A stretch of DNA of 64,000 nt from the human T2T-CHM13v2.0 reference genome, Homo sapiens. Every line of letters starts with the position of its first letter. Positions within the stretch are counted from its first letter, which is position 1. A program made the translations under genes and the position numbers. The notes below the pieces were generated by a model. That model made no database searches. It saw only the letters and a list, made by a program, of their open reading frames with translations, and was not told the origin of the DNA. The stretch lies in NCBI RefSeq assembly GCF_009914755.1, contig NC_060928.1; one strand, written 5' to 3'. Shown here piece by piece: positions 13,820-30,264 of this stretch.

Positions 13820-14499
13820 GTTAAGTCACATGCTCAAAGGCCACTTAGCTGGTTAGTGACTGTGCTGGGACTTGCCTACCACCAAAGTTTCTGCTCCTTT
13901 TACACTGTGGCTTAGTTCCCTGCTGCATGTGTTGTGTTCTGGTGCCTAAGACATTGCCTAGAAAATGGCAGGCACTCAACAAGCATCTGTCAAGTGGACG
14001 ATGTACAGCACCCACACCAGCTTCATCCTCCCTTTGTTGTCACTAGCTCTCTCACTGGAACAGGGTTGACAGGTGGTCATCCCTGCTCACCTGTCCACAT
14101 TTGCTCTGTTTCTGCATCAATCTTAAACAGATAAAGAAAAGGTCCTTAATCTCAGCCCTATCAGCTGATAAGGGCTGGATATTTCTTCGCACAAAAACGA
14201 AGATTTCCCTATCACGGAAAAGGACTCTAGAAACTGTAAAACCCCAGAATTGTAGTGTTTCAAATTCATTTCCCAGTGGGACACTCAAAACAAGACTCAT
14301 GCTTCCTCTCTGGTTTTCCTTTCCAAAGAGGCACACGTGTGCTCTGAAGTGCTCTTCTACATGACAAACACAAAAATAATTGACATCAACTGGGCCTGAG
14401 TTTGCATTCTGGTTCTCCACTTGGGGCTTATTAGTGTGAGCAAAGAAATCAAATTTTTGGAATGTTTTTCCCATCTGTAAATTTTCTGATTGTGTCTAG

Positions 14500-14820
<321 letters not shown>

Positions 14821-15934
14821 TACTTTTTTTTTTTTTTCTAATTTACCTGTTTACATGAAATCTATTTGTAACTATAATGTTCAATTTTTTTAATTTTGTT
14901 TTTGTTGTCAGATATATAACATTGTCTTTACTGGAAAACATACCATGGCACTCGCATTTCCAATCAAAATAATCTCCCTTTTCTTGAAAACCAAGTAAAA
15001 ATATCACTTTTCCTTGATATTCATGGCTTTATCAGTAGTACAAGCTTGTATGTTTTCACTTCCTGATAAAATATTTCTGACGAGGAGAGATACCCTTATC
15101 TATGAAATTATATATTGTAATTCAGCAAATACTTTATCTTCTGGAACATGAGTTTAATTGGCATATTTAGGCTTGGGCAATTCTTGCTAGATTAATTCAG
15201 ATTAAGATCCCCAAGGTTTTGCTTTTATGCCAATCTCTTGAAGGAAAAAAAAAATCTGTTCTAACTTCTCCCAAAGTGTTTTGACTTTTTGCAAGCTGTA
15301 TAACAATGGTTTTATTCAAATTGATGCAAATTTGAAAAGCCCTTGACATTTTCCCTTAACCAGGCATTAAAAAGAATCCAAGCAGCAGGTGCTGGGCTTT
15401 ATGCAACCAGCCATCAAATGAGCTTCCTATTTTCTTTTTCTTAAGTTTCCAGCAAACTCTGAACTCACTTTACAGTCTAGAGAAATAGGCCATTGATTCA
15501 GCAGCACATAAAACCAACTGAGTTTTTGCCCTGAAGTAGAATGTTCGGCAGATGTTTCTGTGGCGATTGGAGGAGCATCCTAAAGCAGATTGTCAAGGAC
15601 ACTCTGGAATAACAGCTGCTATAAATCAAATTCTTCCCTCTTCTTCCCTCTCCTGCTCAACTTCATCTATTAACTGTAAAATAATGACAACTAAAACTCT
15701 TCAACGAGTACCATGAGTACTACAAGGACTTGCATTTACTGCAAAGCCTGTAAAACTCCAATCTAGTGTTTAATAAGGTGGGAGGAGAAGCGGGGGAGAA
15801 TTCCCACAAAGTTAGAAGTTTATGGAATTCGTTACTGGAAAGTTTCACTGTGTGAAGTTTATAGACTTGTGATTTGATGCCTGCTAACGTTAAGCTCCTG
15901 GTGCTTTTTGTTATTTGTATTTGGTTTTTTGTTT

Positions 15935-16271
15935 TGTGATAAGGTTGGAATGTTTATCCCCTCTAAAACTCATGTTGAAATTTAATTTCTATTGTAACAG
16001 TGTTAAGAAGTGAGACCTTTAAGAGGTCATTAGGTCATCAGGGCTCTATTCTCCTGGGTGGGATTGGCGACTTTATAAAAGGGCTAGATTCGTCCACCCT
16101 TGCCCTCTTACCTTCTACCATGTGATGATGCACCAACAAGGCCCTTGCCAGACGCTGGCACCTTGTTCTTAGACTTCCCAGCCTCCAGAACTGTGAGTCA
16201 ATAAATGTATATTCACTGTAAATAATGCAGTACCAGGTATTTTGCTATAGTAGCACAAAATGAACTAAGAA
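15935..16271 (+). mobile_element. MST(C/D)-like MaLR solo LTR
   Basis: 'aaaactcatgttgaaatttaat', 'gacttcccagcctccagaactgtgag', AATAAA and end 'gaactaaga'. Confidence 0.8.
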
Positions 16272-16547
16272 TATTTTATTTTTAGTGTTTTGGGTGGTAC
16301 TACTGATTTCTTTTTCCTTTGTGATCTTTTTATTTTTTATTTTATTATACTTTAAGTTTTAGGGTACATGTGCAAAATGTGCAGGTTTGTTACCTATGTA
16401 TACATGTGCCATGTTGGTGTGCTGCACCCATTAACTCGTCATTTAGCATTAGGTATATCTCCTAATGCTATTCCTCCCCCTTCCCCCGACCCCACAACAG
16501 TCCCCGGTGTGTGATGTTCCCCTTCCTGTGTCCATGTGTTCTCGTTG

Positions 16548-20356
<3,809 letters not shown>

Positions 20357-20419
20357 TATGATATTAGCTGGTTAGTTTGCTCATTAGTTGATGCAGTTTC
20401 TTCCTAGCCTTGATGGTCT

Positions 20420-21436
20420 TTACATTTTGGCATGTATTTGCAGCGGCTGCTACCGGTTGTTCCTTTCCATGTTTAGTGCTTCCTTCAGGAGCTCTTTTAG
20501 GGCAGGCCTGGTGGTGACAAAATCTCTCAGCATTTGCTTGTCTGTAAAGTATTTTATTTCTCCTTCACTTAAGAAGCTTATTTTGGCTGGATATGAAATT
20601 CTGGGTTGAAAATTCTTTTCTTTAAGAATATTGAATATTGCCCCCCACTCTATTCTGGCTTGTAGAGTTTCTGCTGAGAGATCAGCTCTTAGTCTGATGG
20701 GCTTCCCTTTGTGGGTAACCTGACCTTTCTCTCTGGCTGCCCTTAACATTTTTTCCTTCATTTCAGCTTTGGTGAATCTGACAATTATGTGTCTTGGAAT
20801 TGGTCTTCTCGAGGAGTATCTTTGTGGCATTCTCTGTATTTCCTGAATTTGAATGTTGGCCTGCCTTGCTAGATTGGGGAAGTTCTCCTGGATAATATCC
20901 TGCAGAGTGTTTTCCAACTTGGTTCCATTCTTTCCGTCACTTTTAGATACAGCAATTAGATGTAGATTTGGTCTTTTCACATAGTCCCATATTTCTTGGA
21001 GGCTTTGTTCATTTCTTTTTATTCTTTTTTCTCTAAACTTCTCTTCATGCTTCATTTCATTCATTTCGTTTTCCATCGCTGATACCCTTTCATCCAGTTG
21101 ATTGCATCAGTTACTGAGGCTTGTGCATTCGTCACGTAGTTCTTGTGCCTTGGTTTTCAGCTCAATCAGGTCCTTTAAAGACTTCTCTGTATTGATTATT
21201 CTAGTTATCCATTCATCTAATTTTTTTTCAAAGTTTTTAACTTCTCTGCCATTGGTTCGAACTTCCTCCTTTAGCTCCGAGTAGTGTGATCTTCTGAAGC
21301 TTTCCTCTCTCAACTCGTCAAAGTCATTCTTCATCCAGCTTTGTTCCATTGCTGGTGAGGAGCTATGTTCCTTTGGAGGAGGAGAGGTGCTCTGATTTTT
21401 AGAGCTTCCAGTTTTTCTGCTCTGTTTTTTCCCCAT
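20420..21436 (-). pseudogene. L1 ORF1p, full 338-codon length with two nonsense mutations
   Basis: Starts MGKKQSRK and contains WDYVKRPNL and YPAKISF. In-frame TGA at 21107-21109 and TAG at 20450-20452. The 1017-nt span indicates no net frameshift. Confidence 0.93.
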
Positions 21437-22437
21437 CTTTGTGGTTTTATCTACCTTTGGTCTTTGATGATGGTGATGTACAGATGGGTTTTTGGTGTGG
21501 ATGTCCTTTGTGTTTGTTAGTTTCCCTTCTAACAGACAGGACCCTCAGCTGCAGGTCTGTTGGAGTTTACTGGAGGTCCACTCCAGACCCTGTTTGCCTG
21601 GGTAACAGCAGCGGTGGCTGCGGAAGGGTGGATATTGGTGAACTGCAAATGCTGCTGCCTGATCGTTCCTCTGGAAGTTTTGTCTCAGAGGAGTACCCGG
21701 CCGTATGAGTTGTCAGTCTGCCCCTACTGGGGGGTGCCTCCCAGTTAGGCTACCTGGGACCCACTTGAAGAGGCAGTCTGCCCATTCTCAGATCTCCAGC
21801 TGCGTGCTGGGAGAACCACTACTGTCTTCAAAGCTGTCAGAACGGGACATTTAAGTCTGCAGAGGTCATTGCTGTCTTTTGTTTGTCTGTGCCCTGCCCC
21901 CAGAGGTGGAGCCTACAGAGGCAGGCAGGCCTCCTTGAGCTGTGGTGGGTTCCTTCCAGTTCGAGCTTCCCGGCTGCTTTGTTTACCTACTCAAGCCTGA
22001 GCAATGGCAGGCGCCCCTCCCCCAGCCTCGCTGCCACCTTGCAGTTTGATCTCAGATGGCTGTGCTAGCAATGAGCGAGGCTCTGTGGGCGTAGGACCCT
22101 CTGAGCCAGGTGCAGGATATAATCTCCTGGTGTGCCATTTGTGAAGCCCGTTGGAAAAGCGCAGTATTAGGGTGGGAGTGACCCGATTTTCCAGGTGCCG
22201 TCTGTCACCCCTTTGTTTGACTAGGAAAGGGAATTCCCTGAGCCCTTGCACTTCCCAGGTGACGCGGTGCCTCGCCCTGCTTCAGCTCACGCACGGTACA
22301 CTGCACCCACTGTCCGGCACTCCCCTGTGAGATGAACCTCGTACCTCAGTTGGAAATGCAGAAATCACCCATCTTATGCGTTGCTCAAGCTGGGAGCTGT
22401 AGACTGGAGCTGTTCCTATTCCACCATCTTGGCTCCC
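21437..22437 (-). promoter_or_regulatory. L1 5'UTR with internal sense promoter and antisense promoter region
   Basis: Homology to the L1PA 5'UTR and relatively high CpG content. Activity is not shown by the sequence. Confidence 0.75.
22004..22144 (+). pseudogene. L1 ORF0 homolog truncated to 46 aa
   Basis: Hand translation MAGAPPPASLPPCSLISDGCASNERGSVGVGPSEPGAGYNLLVCHL* matches the N-terminus of the 71-aa ORF0. Confidence 0.85.
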
Positions 22438-23249
22438 GTGATCTTTTTATTGAATATTTTGATTTACTTTCTGCCTTTCCTTATAATTGAAGGCCAAAAA
22501 AAAAAAAAGACCCCTTCTCACCTTTCTATGCAATTTCCTCAAAAACTTTCAACACTGTCTTCTTTTGTCCTGGTCTCTGGGGACTGGGAGAACACCAACA
22601 ATCTAGTTTTAGGAGGTGGTATTTGCTTTGGTTTAATGTTTTGTGCCAAGTCATTATTTTTTTCAGGTTCAGAAATGACTCTACGTCTTGCAGGCCTTTG
22701 AGTCATTCCAAAAATTAACCTCATAGTGTCCTGGCCATATTTTTCTCCACCCACTTTTTTTGGTTCCCATTGAACTCTACACAGCTTTGCCACCTTGATT
22801 ATCTGGTGCCATAATTACCTGGGAGGCAGTCATGGGCAGTTGGTGAGGTTTAGGATTTTTCTGTCAAGCAGTCTCTAACTCTGACTTTCTGAACATCATG
22901 ACTTCACACTTGGAAAGGGTTGGTAATCACAATGCCAGCTTCATGGGGATATTGTGAGAACTAATAAAAATTCACCATAAAACACCACACAAAGGATGTA
23001 CTCATGGAATGGTCACATTTAGCTGAGCTCTTGATTATCTTTTCAGATAACCAAAACCTCCTCCAGAATAAAGGCAGCATCTTAACTCTTCTACCTTTTC
23101 AGCCCAGAAGAGTACCTTTCATATAATTCAAACTCAACAAAGAAATGTTGAATAATCACATGACTGAACCAAAGTCCAGTCTCAACTGGTTTCTTTAATG
23201 ACTGCCTGGCTGAGTAACACAATTTGTGTTTAATTTAGCCAAATGTAAT

Positions 23250-24060
23250 TTCCCTTAACAGGTGTTTTACACACCCTTTAAGACTCATCTCCTCCAGACC
23301 AATTGCCTTGACTGTTCTTACCTCTGAACTTTACATTCCATTGTCTATTGTCCATACTATTTTAGATCTCTTTCTCTATGAGGAATAGATGTAATATTTC
23401 CCAAATCAGAAGCCTTTGGTAGGTTCCTAGTATCCTCAGGATGGAGTTGTTAACCCTCACTGTGGGATGTAAAGTCTCTATTCTCTAGCCACTGTCCATC
23501 TCTCCAGCCATGTGCCATGACACTGTCATGCTTTTTCAAGCCTCTTCTATTTAAAAACTTTGATTTACTTTTCTCTCCCTCTCTGTAATACTGACACAGA
23601 ATTTTAATTGTTGAATTACTCCTCACTAGCCCTTATTCCACCATAATGGTAAAACCTATTTTTTTGGTCCTGCTTGCAAACCCATTTCCTGACACATAGT
23701 TAGATATTTAAAAATGGTGATTGAATAAAGAATTCTCATATCTTTGGAATACCATTCCCTGTACATGGAAGGCAATTTTACCCTGTGCCACCTTAAAATA
23801 AATGTTCATGGTTAAAATCCTATTTAGTCTCCATCTTCAGGCTTTCCTGACAACACCAGGGGAAATGATTCATGCTCTCACCTTGTACATTCCTTTTTAA
23901 ATTGCATGTTTTACTCAGAATTGCTTGTTTACATGTGCATCTCTCTTCTACTAGGATGTGAGTTTGTGGTGTGCAGGGACAATATCAACACACTTTCCGG
24001 TACTCGAAACTACAACAGACTTGGCATATCAGAGATGCTCAGCCAGTGTGTTGATTCATT
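23250..24060 (+). mobile_element. L2 fragments
   Basis: L2 3'-end motifs 'cctgacacatagttagatattt...tgattgaataa' and 'ctaggatgtgag...gcagggac'. Confidence 0.5.
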
Positions 24061-24514
24061 GCTCTGATTTCCAAATAGTGGCAGGTTTCCCATTCATCTA
24101 GCAAATCAATCTTCAGCTATTCCAGAGCACTGTAAAGGGTAATCCCATCATCTTTAAGCTATTATTGAGCAATTCATGAAAATGTGATGATTAATAAGCC
24201 ACCAAACTGGAAGAGATTGCTATTGCTAAAACCTTTGTTAGGGAGAGGATTTTACAGCCTGGTGGCCAAAAAGACATGTGCCTGGAATATCTGAGAGAGA
24301 CAGAGAGTCTTTTAAAGTGTGAATGACGGAATGACAAGCATTAGGAATGTGCTTAAGTTTCTTTGAAAGATATAAATTCAGGTAGGAATTGGCACTGAGC
24401 AGAACCCACACCACCTTAAGATTCTAGAAGCATGATCTCAGGCTGCAAAACTACTCCGTGAGAGAAGCATGCATGGAAAATATCCTGGGACTGAAGAGGA
24501 GGGAGCATTCTAAG

Positions 24515-24620
24515 GTAGTGTTGTATAGTGGAAAGAACACTAACAAGCTGTGTGATCTTGGGCAAGTCTGTTGACCTTCTCTGGCTCCATTTCCTTTATT
24601 TGTAACATGAGGGCATTAGA
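24515..24620 (+). mobile_element. MIR fragment
   Basis: 'agctgtgtgatcttgggcaagtc...tttcctttatttgtaacatgagg'. Confidence 0.65.
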
Positions 24621-25239
24621 ACAATTAGCAGTGTCCAAATATTTAAGTAGATACAAGCCATATATAAACAGCAATGTGTGACATAGTTAAAACTGGTGTT
24701 GCTCTGATTGATGCTGGAATGGATCCTGGAAACCGCTTTTCAATCCCTTTCAGAAATGGCCACTAAGGTACCTCTAAGGGACTTTAAGACACCTGGGAAC
24801 ACAGTTTGCAAACAAGTGGTCTAGATTAAGTCAAGTCCACATGTACATCTGGCGTGCTCAAATTTTGTGATTCAGTAATTTAATGCCACCTCTCTGTAAT
24901 AATAGGTATAACATTAACAATAGCTACACACATTCACATACACACGAAGGCATACATATGTGCACACACACACACGCAAATATTTTTGTGTTTACACACT
25001 TATTTCAATTACACACAATTGTATAATCACAATTATACAATTACCATTTACACAGTTATTTATATCTATTATTGCTTTCAGTTTCACTTCTGAACTTAGA
25101 GGAAGGTATGGCAGGAATTGATAGTCTCATTTTACAAAAGAAGATGCAGCAACGGGTTGGTGTTGTGAAGTTGGTGATTGTGGGTCTTGGCATGGCTTCT
25201 GATAGGCATTAAGTGGATGTCAGTCTTTTAAGAGTTGCA

Positions 25240-25830
25240 TGATATTGAACACTTTAGGTGTGCTAAGACTATATTCAGCAGTGGTCACACAGAGAAAGTA
25301 AGAGTCCCTGATGTTTAGGTAGTTATGGTCTAATGGGCGATAAATGCACATAGTTGAATTTCAATATAACATATTATAAGATAAAGTTCAGCTCAAGGTC
25401 CACAAATAAAAAGAAAGTCACTTAGTATAGTGTATGTTTAAGTAGTCACTTTCTGGGGGAGTTGTTGGTTGGCCTGAGAATTAAGAACATTTCAAGCAGA
25501 GGGAACATCACGAGCAAAGACACCACATCTTAAACAGCATGGTATCCTGAGGATATAAGGTAGGAGATGAAGAAAGGCAGGATAGGGACTGGAGTGGTAG
25601 ATGGGGACCAGATGTCAGGGACCAGGATGCCATGCTATGACTTTGCACATTAAATCTGATGAAAAATTTTAATTGGAAAGTTAAAAGTTTGGATTTTTAT
25701 CTTGGAAAGATCACCTTGGCTTTAAGGGATTGCAGAAGGGATTGGAGTTGGAAAAGATTGGAAGTGTGGCGAGAAAATTAGGTTGTGGTTGTAACAATCC
25801 AGTAATGAGATGATAAGGAACTAGTACAGA
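25240..25830 (-). mobile_element. L2 fragment
   Basis: 'catttcaagcagagggaacatcacgagcaaagac' and 'ttggaaagatcaccttggc' are typical of antisense L2. Confidence 0.6.
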
Positions 25831-26039
25831 ACAATAATTATTACTTAAAACAAAACAGGTGAAACAAAACTAAACCCCGCCCCCTCCCCCCCAACTAGGG
25901 ACTCAAAGAAATGAAACAGTGTTAGACACTTTTGCTTCTTTCCTAATTGTTTAATGCTACCTTGTGTGTGATCTCCTGCCTATCTCTCTAGCATCTCTCA
26001 CCTGAAATTTCTACCTCATCACCACATGTCAAAAATACA

Positions 26040-26860
26040 GCACAAAAGTATTTTAACATAGAGGTGGCTATTTGAATGATCTCGGGATGAAAGTATCTTA
26101 AGAACTGTAGAGAAAATCAAAGGAGACTTGTGAAGGATTTGAATGCCTACATATTTTAAATGTCAAAGATACCATGTGCAAAATTAAAATAACTTCATAG
26201 AGTGTTTGACATTAAAGCACAAGAAGAAAATATCGTTAGCGTTCAAACAGTTTATACAAATCAATGGAAAAAGCACTTAAAATTAGGAATATCAATGGCT
26301 GAAGGACTTGAACAGAACATTATAGACGAATTAAAAAATAGCCAATAAATATAAGGACAATATTCAACCTTACCAGTGTAACAGAAGTGAAAACAGAAGG
26401 AATGATGAAACAATTTTTCTATGGGAAATTCTCATAGCTATTTTACAAGTCTACTGCTTCATCCTGTTGCTGGTGAGGAGGAACCTACTACATCTCCACA
26501 TGGGCTTGGTGTGGGTTTGGGAGTATTTATTCAACTGTTCTGAAAAGTAGTTCAATTTTCTATTCATATCTCTATATAGCTCTGTTTCTATCTAAATATC
26601 TCTATGTCTGCCTATCTGAGTTTTTTTTTAAAGTTATACCTTTTGGGACTTTTAATTTCTTTACTAGGAATTTATCCTTAGGAGATACTAAAGATGCAGT
26701 AAATATTTATTCACAACAATGTGCGTTACAACAGTATATATGGTGGCCAAAATCTGAAGCAGTCACAATATCTACCAAGAGAGGGTTGCATAAGTACTTT
26801 TGTTAAGAAAACTGTTTCACTATAACGACAAGAAAAGGATACAAAACTGCATAATATGTA
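26040..26860 (+). mobile_element. Ancient L1ME ORF2 3' fragment
   Basis: 'aaggacttgaacaga', 'ctaggaatttatcct' and 'gccaaaatctgaagcagtcacaatatc'. Confidence 0.6.
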
Positions 26861-28002
26861 ATGTTTCTTAAAGTGACTTAGAAAACGTATTTTGCAAAGC
26901 CTATTAAACCTAGCTGACATTTCTGATTTGATATCACAAAGTTTTGCTGCTGTCAATGTATTGTGCAAGGAAGTGACTTTTGAAAAGTAAAAATGACTTT
27001 ATTTCTTTGAAAAAGACAAGTCATTTTCCAGTGACATATAAAAGTTCAATGACACTTGAACAGGTGGCTAAATTTGTCCTGAGGAGACATCTGTGAAATA
27101 TGTGACTCTTGGCAGAAAAGTGATTGTGGAAAACCCCAAGAACCTTGATTTACAAAGTTGGGGTCTACAGATTATGCATGTTAAGTAAACTGAAACAAAA
27201 ACATGGAAACATTAACAGTGGAGCCATATGTGTTGGGTGACAGAAAATGTTTTCTAAAATTTTTTGATGTTGAATTTTCTTTGAGGATGCACTGCCTTGA
27301 AAATAGGAAAGAAATACAGTGCTGAAGTTATAAAAATTAAAGTCACACTCTACTGATTTTTTCACACCTTCAGAGCTTCTCAAAAGAGAAAAGGGAAATG
27401 CAGGGCCACATAATTTTTTTCACAACCTCGTTGGGTTTTACTATCTAGACTGCATCATCAGAAAGCCTGGAATAGATCTCATTTTCAAATTAAAAGAGCT
27501 AGGTATGTTATTCTTCCTTCTATTAAAAACTTGCCATTTCCTGCTGCTCCTTCTCCCACTGCCTCTCCAACTGCAAACAACCTCCTATCCCAACCCCTCA
27601 ATAGGTGGCCAATGATCTCAAGAATCCCCTACTTCCGGGAACAGATTCTATCCTCCAGCTCTCTAAGCAGGGCTGGTCTCACTGCACAGCTCTTCAATTG
27701 AACCAGCTCCCAGAGCCTGGTATCTCTGTCTGCAGGCCCTGATTATGCAGCACTTCATGAATAACCTGCACCACGATGTCCTCCCTGCAGTAGCCCAGCC
27801 TGGCCTGTGATATTACTTGATCCTACCTCACAGCAAATCTGTAAAAGTTTCAAATTTGCAAGCAATAATCCACCAGCCAGGGTGAACTGAGGACATTCTG
27901 ACTCCAGGGTGGCTATAAAAAAAACAAAAAACACTCTCCCCATACAAATCAGAGGATCCCTCCCTTGGAAAAGAAAAATAACCCAAAGAAAAATCATCCA
28001 TG

Positions 28003-28200
28003 AATTTATATTTACTCAAAGCCTACTACGTGCCAGTAACTAATTACTAGAACATCACTGAATAGAAATGATCACATTTAATTCTCATGACAGAGCAGAT
28101 ACAATTAGGCCTCTGCTTTATTGGTTAAAATACTGAGGTACACAGAGTTTAAATAGCTTAGCCGAGGTCATAGAACCGGGACTTGCAGTCAGGGACCTGG
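28003..28200 (-). mobile_element. MIR
   Basis: 'ctactacgtgccag...catttaattctcat...actgaggtacacagagtttaaatagctt'. Confidence 0.6.
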
Positions 28201-28294
28201 TCACAAAGGCACGTTTGCTCCTTGTAGTGAAATTCTATAGGCAGACAGCAAAGCCTTGAATTAATGAAACACAGAACACTGAGCTTGATTTTTT

Positions 28295-28790
28295 TAAAAA
28301 AGACTTATGCACACATATGTTTATTACACCACTGTTTACAGTAGCAAAGACTTGGAACCAACCCAAATGCCCATCAATGATAGACTGGATAAAGAAATCG
28401 TGGCACATATACACCACAGAATACTATGCAACCATGAAAAAGAATGAGTTCATGTCCTTTGCAGGGACATGGATGAAGCTGGAAGACATCATTCTCAGCA
28501 AACTAACACAGGAACAGAAAACCAACCACTGCATGTTCTCACTCATAAGTGGGAGCTGAATAGTGAGAACACATGGACACAGGGAGGGGAATATCACACA
28601 CCAGGCCCTGTCAGGGCTGGGGGACAAGAAGAGGGAGAGCATTAGGACAAATACCAAATGCATGCGGGACTTAAAACCTAGATGACGAGTTGATAGGTGC
28701 AGTAAACCACCATGGCACATGTATACCTATGTAACCAACCTGCACATTCTGCACATGTATTCCAGAACTTAGAGTAATATAAATTTTATA
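28295..28790 (+). mobile_element. 5'-truncated L1PA8-like 3' end
   Basis: ORF2 C-terminus (AKTWNQPKCPSMIDWIKK) plus 3'UTR 'gcatgcgggacttaaaacctagatgacg'. Confidence 0.9.
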
Positions 28791-29089
28791 AAAAGGACAA
28801 ACAGCTATTTAGAAAGGACAGCCACTGGTCCTCTGCAGCAGAGGCAAAAAGAGGTGTGAGAATAGAGAAAGGGTCAGGAACACACACAGGGACTGTTAGG
28901 CTGATGGACCACTCAGCCAAACACCATGAGACTGATCCTCTGGCTCTGAAGAGTTCAAGTGAGCTTAGGTGAGTCATTTCTCCTGGGTCCCGGTAGCTGT
29001 CCTAATGTCAAATTCAAATGGTACAACTGTGTTCCTTTATTCTTCTGGCGGTTGAGTGGGGCTCCTCCTGTAACAAAAGAACCTGTAGA

Positions 29090-30015
29090 CTATTCTATTT
29101 TCCAAATATAACCAGATTCTTACTCGTCTTCACCACCTTACTGCTTTCACTCTGATCCAAATCACCGCCCTCTGCCTAGATTGTCACAATGGTTCTTAAC
29201 TGGCCCCTCTTAGACATGTCCCCTTACTTCTCTAGAGCCCCTTCTCACCAGAAATCAGTGTGATTTTTAATGAAGTCTGTCATATGATGGAATTCCTCCA
29301 CTTCCATTAGAATAAAAGAGAAAAATCTTCAATAACTTAGAAGATCCTATTTCAGAGGTTGGCAAGCGTTTTTCTGTATAGGATCAAAGAGTACATGTTT
29401 TAGGCCTTGTGAGCCATTATGATCTATCACAGCTGCTCAGTTATACAACTGAGGTGTGAAATTGGCCATAGACAATACATAAACAAATGAATATGGGGGT
29501 TTTCCAATACAACTTTATTTATAAAAGCAGAATCTAGCCTGTTTTCTTATTCTTGTTCCTGACTTTATTTCCTGGAACTCTTTTCCTTGCTCACTGCACC
29601 TCAGCCACACCAGCTTTCTTCTTGTGCCCCAGACATGTCATGTGATCTCCTGCCTCCTGGCCTTCTGTTACCCTAGAACACTCCAGGTGGCCAGGTATCT
29701 CCACGACTCACTCTCTCACCTCCAATCTCAGATGAAGATTACCTTCTCAGGGAAGCCTAAGCCAGCCCTCTTTTGTCTCATCACCCCAATGCCTCTTTCT
29801 CTGCTCTAGTTTTTTTTTTTTTCTTTTTCCACATTTATCACCTTTAAACAAAATATAATTGTTTATTGTATCAATCATACATTACCTTTCTCCGCCACTA
29901 GAATGTTGTCTCCACGTGGGCAGGTAGTTGATAGTTTTATTCACTCATATAATCCAACTACATAGAAGAGTATCTGGGGGCATAATAGACACTCAGTACA
30001 CATTTGTGGAATTCA
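29090..30015 (+). mobile_element. L2 interrupted by MER58A
   Basis: L2 motifs on both sides of the MER58A and a 3' end 'cactagaatg...catagaagagtatctgg...actcagtacacatttgtggaat'. Confidence 0.6.
29353..29530. mobile_element. MER58A (hAT-Charlie)
   Basis: 'cagaggttggcaagc...ttttctgta', 'gccatagacaatacataaacaaatga' and 'aactttatttataaaa'. Confidence 0.8.
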
Positions 30016-30264
30016 AAGATGAAAACAAATTTAAAGCTGCAGAAGTTACAAAAACGTACAGAACATCTTGCTGATATCACCTAATCTCTCCCTTGGGTCA
30101 AAGAAACAGAACACTAGAAATGCAAATAGATTGCATTAGGCCAAGGATTTGTCCATTAAGGAGAACAACATGACATTTTTCCTCTTCTCATTATGTTTAC
30201 CCCACAAAAACTAAGTAAGGATTGTTCAAAGAAACTACCAGTAGAAATTAAGGATATGTTTGAG

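Noticed and set aside
14052-14474. 140-aa minus-strand ORF in unique sequence
   Set aside because: It has no recognisable domain or exon structure, and a few ORFs of this length are expected by chance in 64 kb.
16280-16350. 3' transduction by the full-length L1
   Set aside because: The degenerate poly(A) tail abuts the TSD directly, with no extra sequence.
16473-16505. G-quadruplex-forming tract on the minus strand
   Set aside because: It is a standard feature of L1PA 3'UTRs and not specific to this locus.
26990-27028. aaaatgactt...aagtcatttt inverted repeat
   Set aside because: An AT-rich 10-bp stem with a long loop is compatible with chance.
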